Assembly (NCBI RefSeq): GCF_000150275.1
Contig: NW_002060946.1
Coordinates: forward strand, 491,562 to 555,561
Origin: Trichoplax adhaerens
Taxonomy: Eukaryota > Animalia > Placozoa
Length of the DNA: 64,000 bases
Direction of reading: 5' to 3'
Made by a program: the position numbers and the translations under genes. Under the pieces are notes generated by a model that was not told where the DNA came from, ran no database searches, and worked only from the letters and a program-made list of their open reading frames with translations. How positions within the stretch are numbered: the stretch's first letter is position 1; every line of letters begins with the position of its first letter. Shown here piece by piece: positions 62,212 through 64,000 of this stretch.

Positions 62212-63720
62212 TTATGGTGAACTCCTTTCCTCTAATCCTATCTTGATACCATTTTTCGGTGAAATAGTAATTCCGGCATTTAGTTGTAATGGCACCTCGG
62301 TTTCTTTAACACGAATAAACTTAACTGTTCGTAACACTGTTACTAATGCTATCTTTATTTCCATTAGAGCAAATCTCATACCAATGCAGATTCTTGGTCC
62401 AGCACCAAAAGGTAAGTAACTCATCGAGCTACGTTTTTGTTTCTCTTCTTGAGTAAACCGTTCCGGTATAAACTTTTCTGGATCAGGCCATTCTGCGCTA
62501 TCACGTTGAAGGGCATAAGTAGATAGCATAATTGATGTTCCAGCAACAAATTGGTAATCTCCAATAGTACAGTCTTGAGCTACTTCGCGTATAATAATAG
62601 GAATAGGTGGATAAAGTCTTAATGTTTCGGTAATAACCATATCTAAATATTTTAATTCAAATATTTGTTCATAACTTAAATCGTCGTCGACTCCACTGAA
62701 TGCATCGTCAACTTCATTAATTAATCTCTCTTGAACATCGGGATTAACGGCAAGTAAGTAACACACAGAAGATAGAGTATTAGCAGTAGTTTCGTAACCA
62801 GCTAGTAGAAAGACAAAACTTTGAGCAATAATATCTTCGTCCGATAATTTACCAGATTCTCGTCCATCTAACACTAATTGTAAGAAGTCTTTACTCTTAG
62901 GAGCGCTAGATTGACGCCGCTCTTTGATAACTTGGCGAGCTGCATGATCTAATTGTTGAAAATATTTAGCTTCAAAGTCTAACGGTGATTTTCTGATTAG
63001 TTCGAGCAAACTAGGCGATATTATTGTAAATAGAATTCTCCTTAGTATTCCAGAAAGCATTTTGGAAGCTGCATTAGTTAAAGTAGTATCTTGAGTATTT
63101 AGCTGTACGCCAAACGCGACACTTAAGATTACCTCCATTGTAAATTTCCCAAATACGTCTCGTGCATCGATAATTTCTCCTTGTTGTGCGTAAGATATTA
63201 AAGCAGATCGAAGCTTTCGTGACGAATTATCGACAATTGGTAATACTGCTTTTAACTTATTAGCACTAAATGTAGGAGTGATAGTATCTCGAATGGTTTT
63301 CCACTCTTGATCTCTTGAAAAAGCTAACATTTTATCAAGGTAGTCGAATGGAAACTTTATTGGCAATCGTCTGTTAGGAAATAAATGAAAGTCTTTGATT
63401 AATATCTTTTTGATTATCTCGTAATCGGAGACAAGGGTTAATCGTTCAGTACCATAGAATAAGCCGACTACTTTTCCGTACTTTTTAGTGTAATACATAT
63501 GAGCTAGATGTTGACCGCCTAGTCGAGCAATTTCGGGTATATTGCCTAGAATAGGCCATGGTTTAGGTCCAGGTATGCCTAATTTGTCGAAATGTTGTAG
63601 AATAGTGATATATCTGTAGTAGAAGATGTAGATAATTAAAGCAGCAAATATAGCTACTAGAACCGCAGTAGAATGTATCTGCCAAATATCTTGTACACAG
63701 TTCAATAGATTAGATAGCAT
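62212..63720 (-). CDS. Cytochrome P450 (CYP3A-like clan 3), 502 aa, intronless
   Basis: PGPKPWP, AGYETTA, ETLR, PERF, PFGAGPRICIG. Confidence 0.95.
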   Translation of the reverse strand: MLSNLLNCVQDIWQIHSTAVLVAIFAALIIYIFYYRYITILQHFDKLGIPGPKPWPILGNIPEIARLGGQHLAHMYYTKKYGKVVGLFYGTERLTLVSDYEIIKKILIKDFHLFPNRRLPIKFPFDYLDKMLAFSRDQEWKTIRDTITPTFSANKLKAVLPIVDNSSRKLRSALISYAQQGEIIDARDVFGKFTMEVILSVAFGVQLNTQDTTLTNAASKMLSGILRRILFTIISPSLLELIRKSPLDFEAKYFQQLDHAARQVIKERRQSSAPKSKDFLQLVLDGRESGKLSDEDIIAQSFVFLLAGYETTANTLSSVCYLLAVNPDVQERLINEVDDAFSGVDDDLSYEQIFELKYLDMVITETLRLYPPIPIIIREVAQDCTIGDYQFVAGTSIMLSTYALQRDSAEWPDPEKFIPERFTQEEKQKRSSMSYLPFGAGPRICIGMRFALMEIKIALVTVLRTVKFIRVKETEVPLQLNAGITISPKNGIKIGLEERSSP

Positions 63721-64000
63721 CGTTGTTGTACTAGTTCTTTCTTTCAGCTTGTAGACTTGTCAAGTATGTACTACCGGTACTTGATGAAAATTCGCATTCA
63801 ACATACGTCTGGGTACAAATTAAACCACGTCTATAGGCTTTAAATAGAAGTGAAAAGCTTTCTTCATTCCAAAAAAAGCGAGGGAATTCGGTCATTGTCA
63901 CTATGGCTACTGATGAGATTTGCGCTTGCGTGTAATATAAATTTACTTACAGAATTAAATTAATTGGACGTAACTGAAATTATAGTATAAGATTTATTCC

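Larger units (their letters stand above)
58085..64000. repeat. Recent tandem duplication (offset ~3.39 kb) of P450 plus flanks
   Basis: ~58270-60608 closely matches ~61670-64000, with weaker similarity back to ~58085/61475. A related 3' flank also lies near 54010-54240, downstream of the 54513-56021 gene. Confidence 0.9.

Overview
AT-rich eukaryotic genomic DNA with short spliceosomal introns. It looks like an early-branching animal, and gene content and style suggest a placozoan such as Trichoplax (inference only, not verified). There are two tandem clusters of intronless clan-3-like cytochrome P450 genes: five at 0.9-14.3 kb (the first truncated by a 50-N gap) and four at 49.8-63.7 kb (one frameshifted). 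Between them lie five intron-containing genes: a 20-exon membrane M1 aminopeptidase (minus), TTI2 (plus), MICOS13/QIL1 (minus), a 3-exon secreted protein resembling a catalytically dead legumain/caspase-fold protein (plus), and a 14-exon ionotropic glutamate receptor family gene (plus). Highlights: (i) a P450 whose oxygen-activating I-helix motif is replaced by TSYHPL; (ii) a near-identical P450 duplicate pair whose differences are concentrated in substrate-recognition regions; (iii) the secreted pseudo-protease; (iv) an iGluR with a glycine/small-amino-acid-type pocket and a PDZ-type tail; (v) palindromic TACAG/CTGTA fields and a perfect hairpin upstream of P450s. All exon models and alignments were made by eye.
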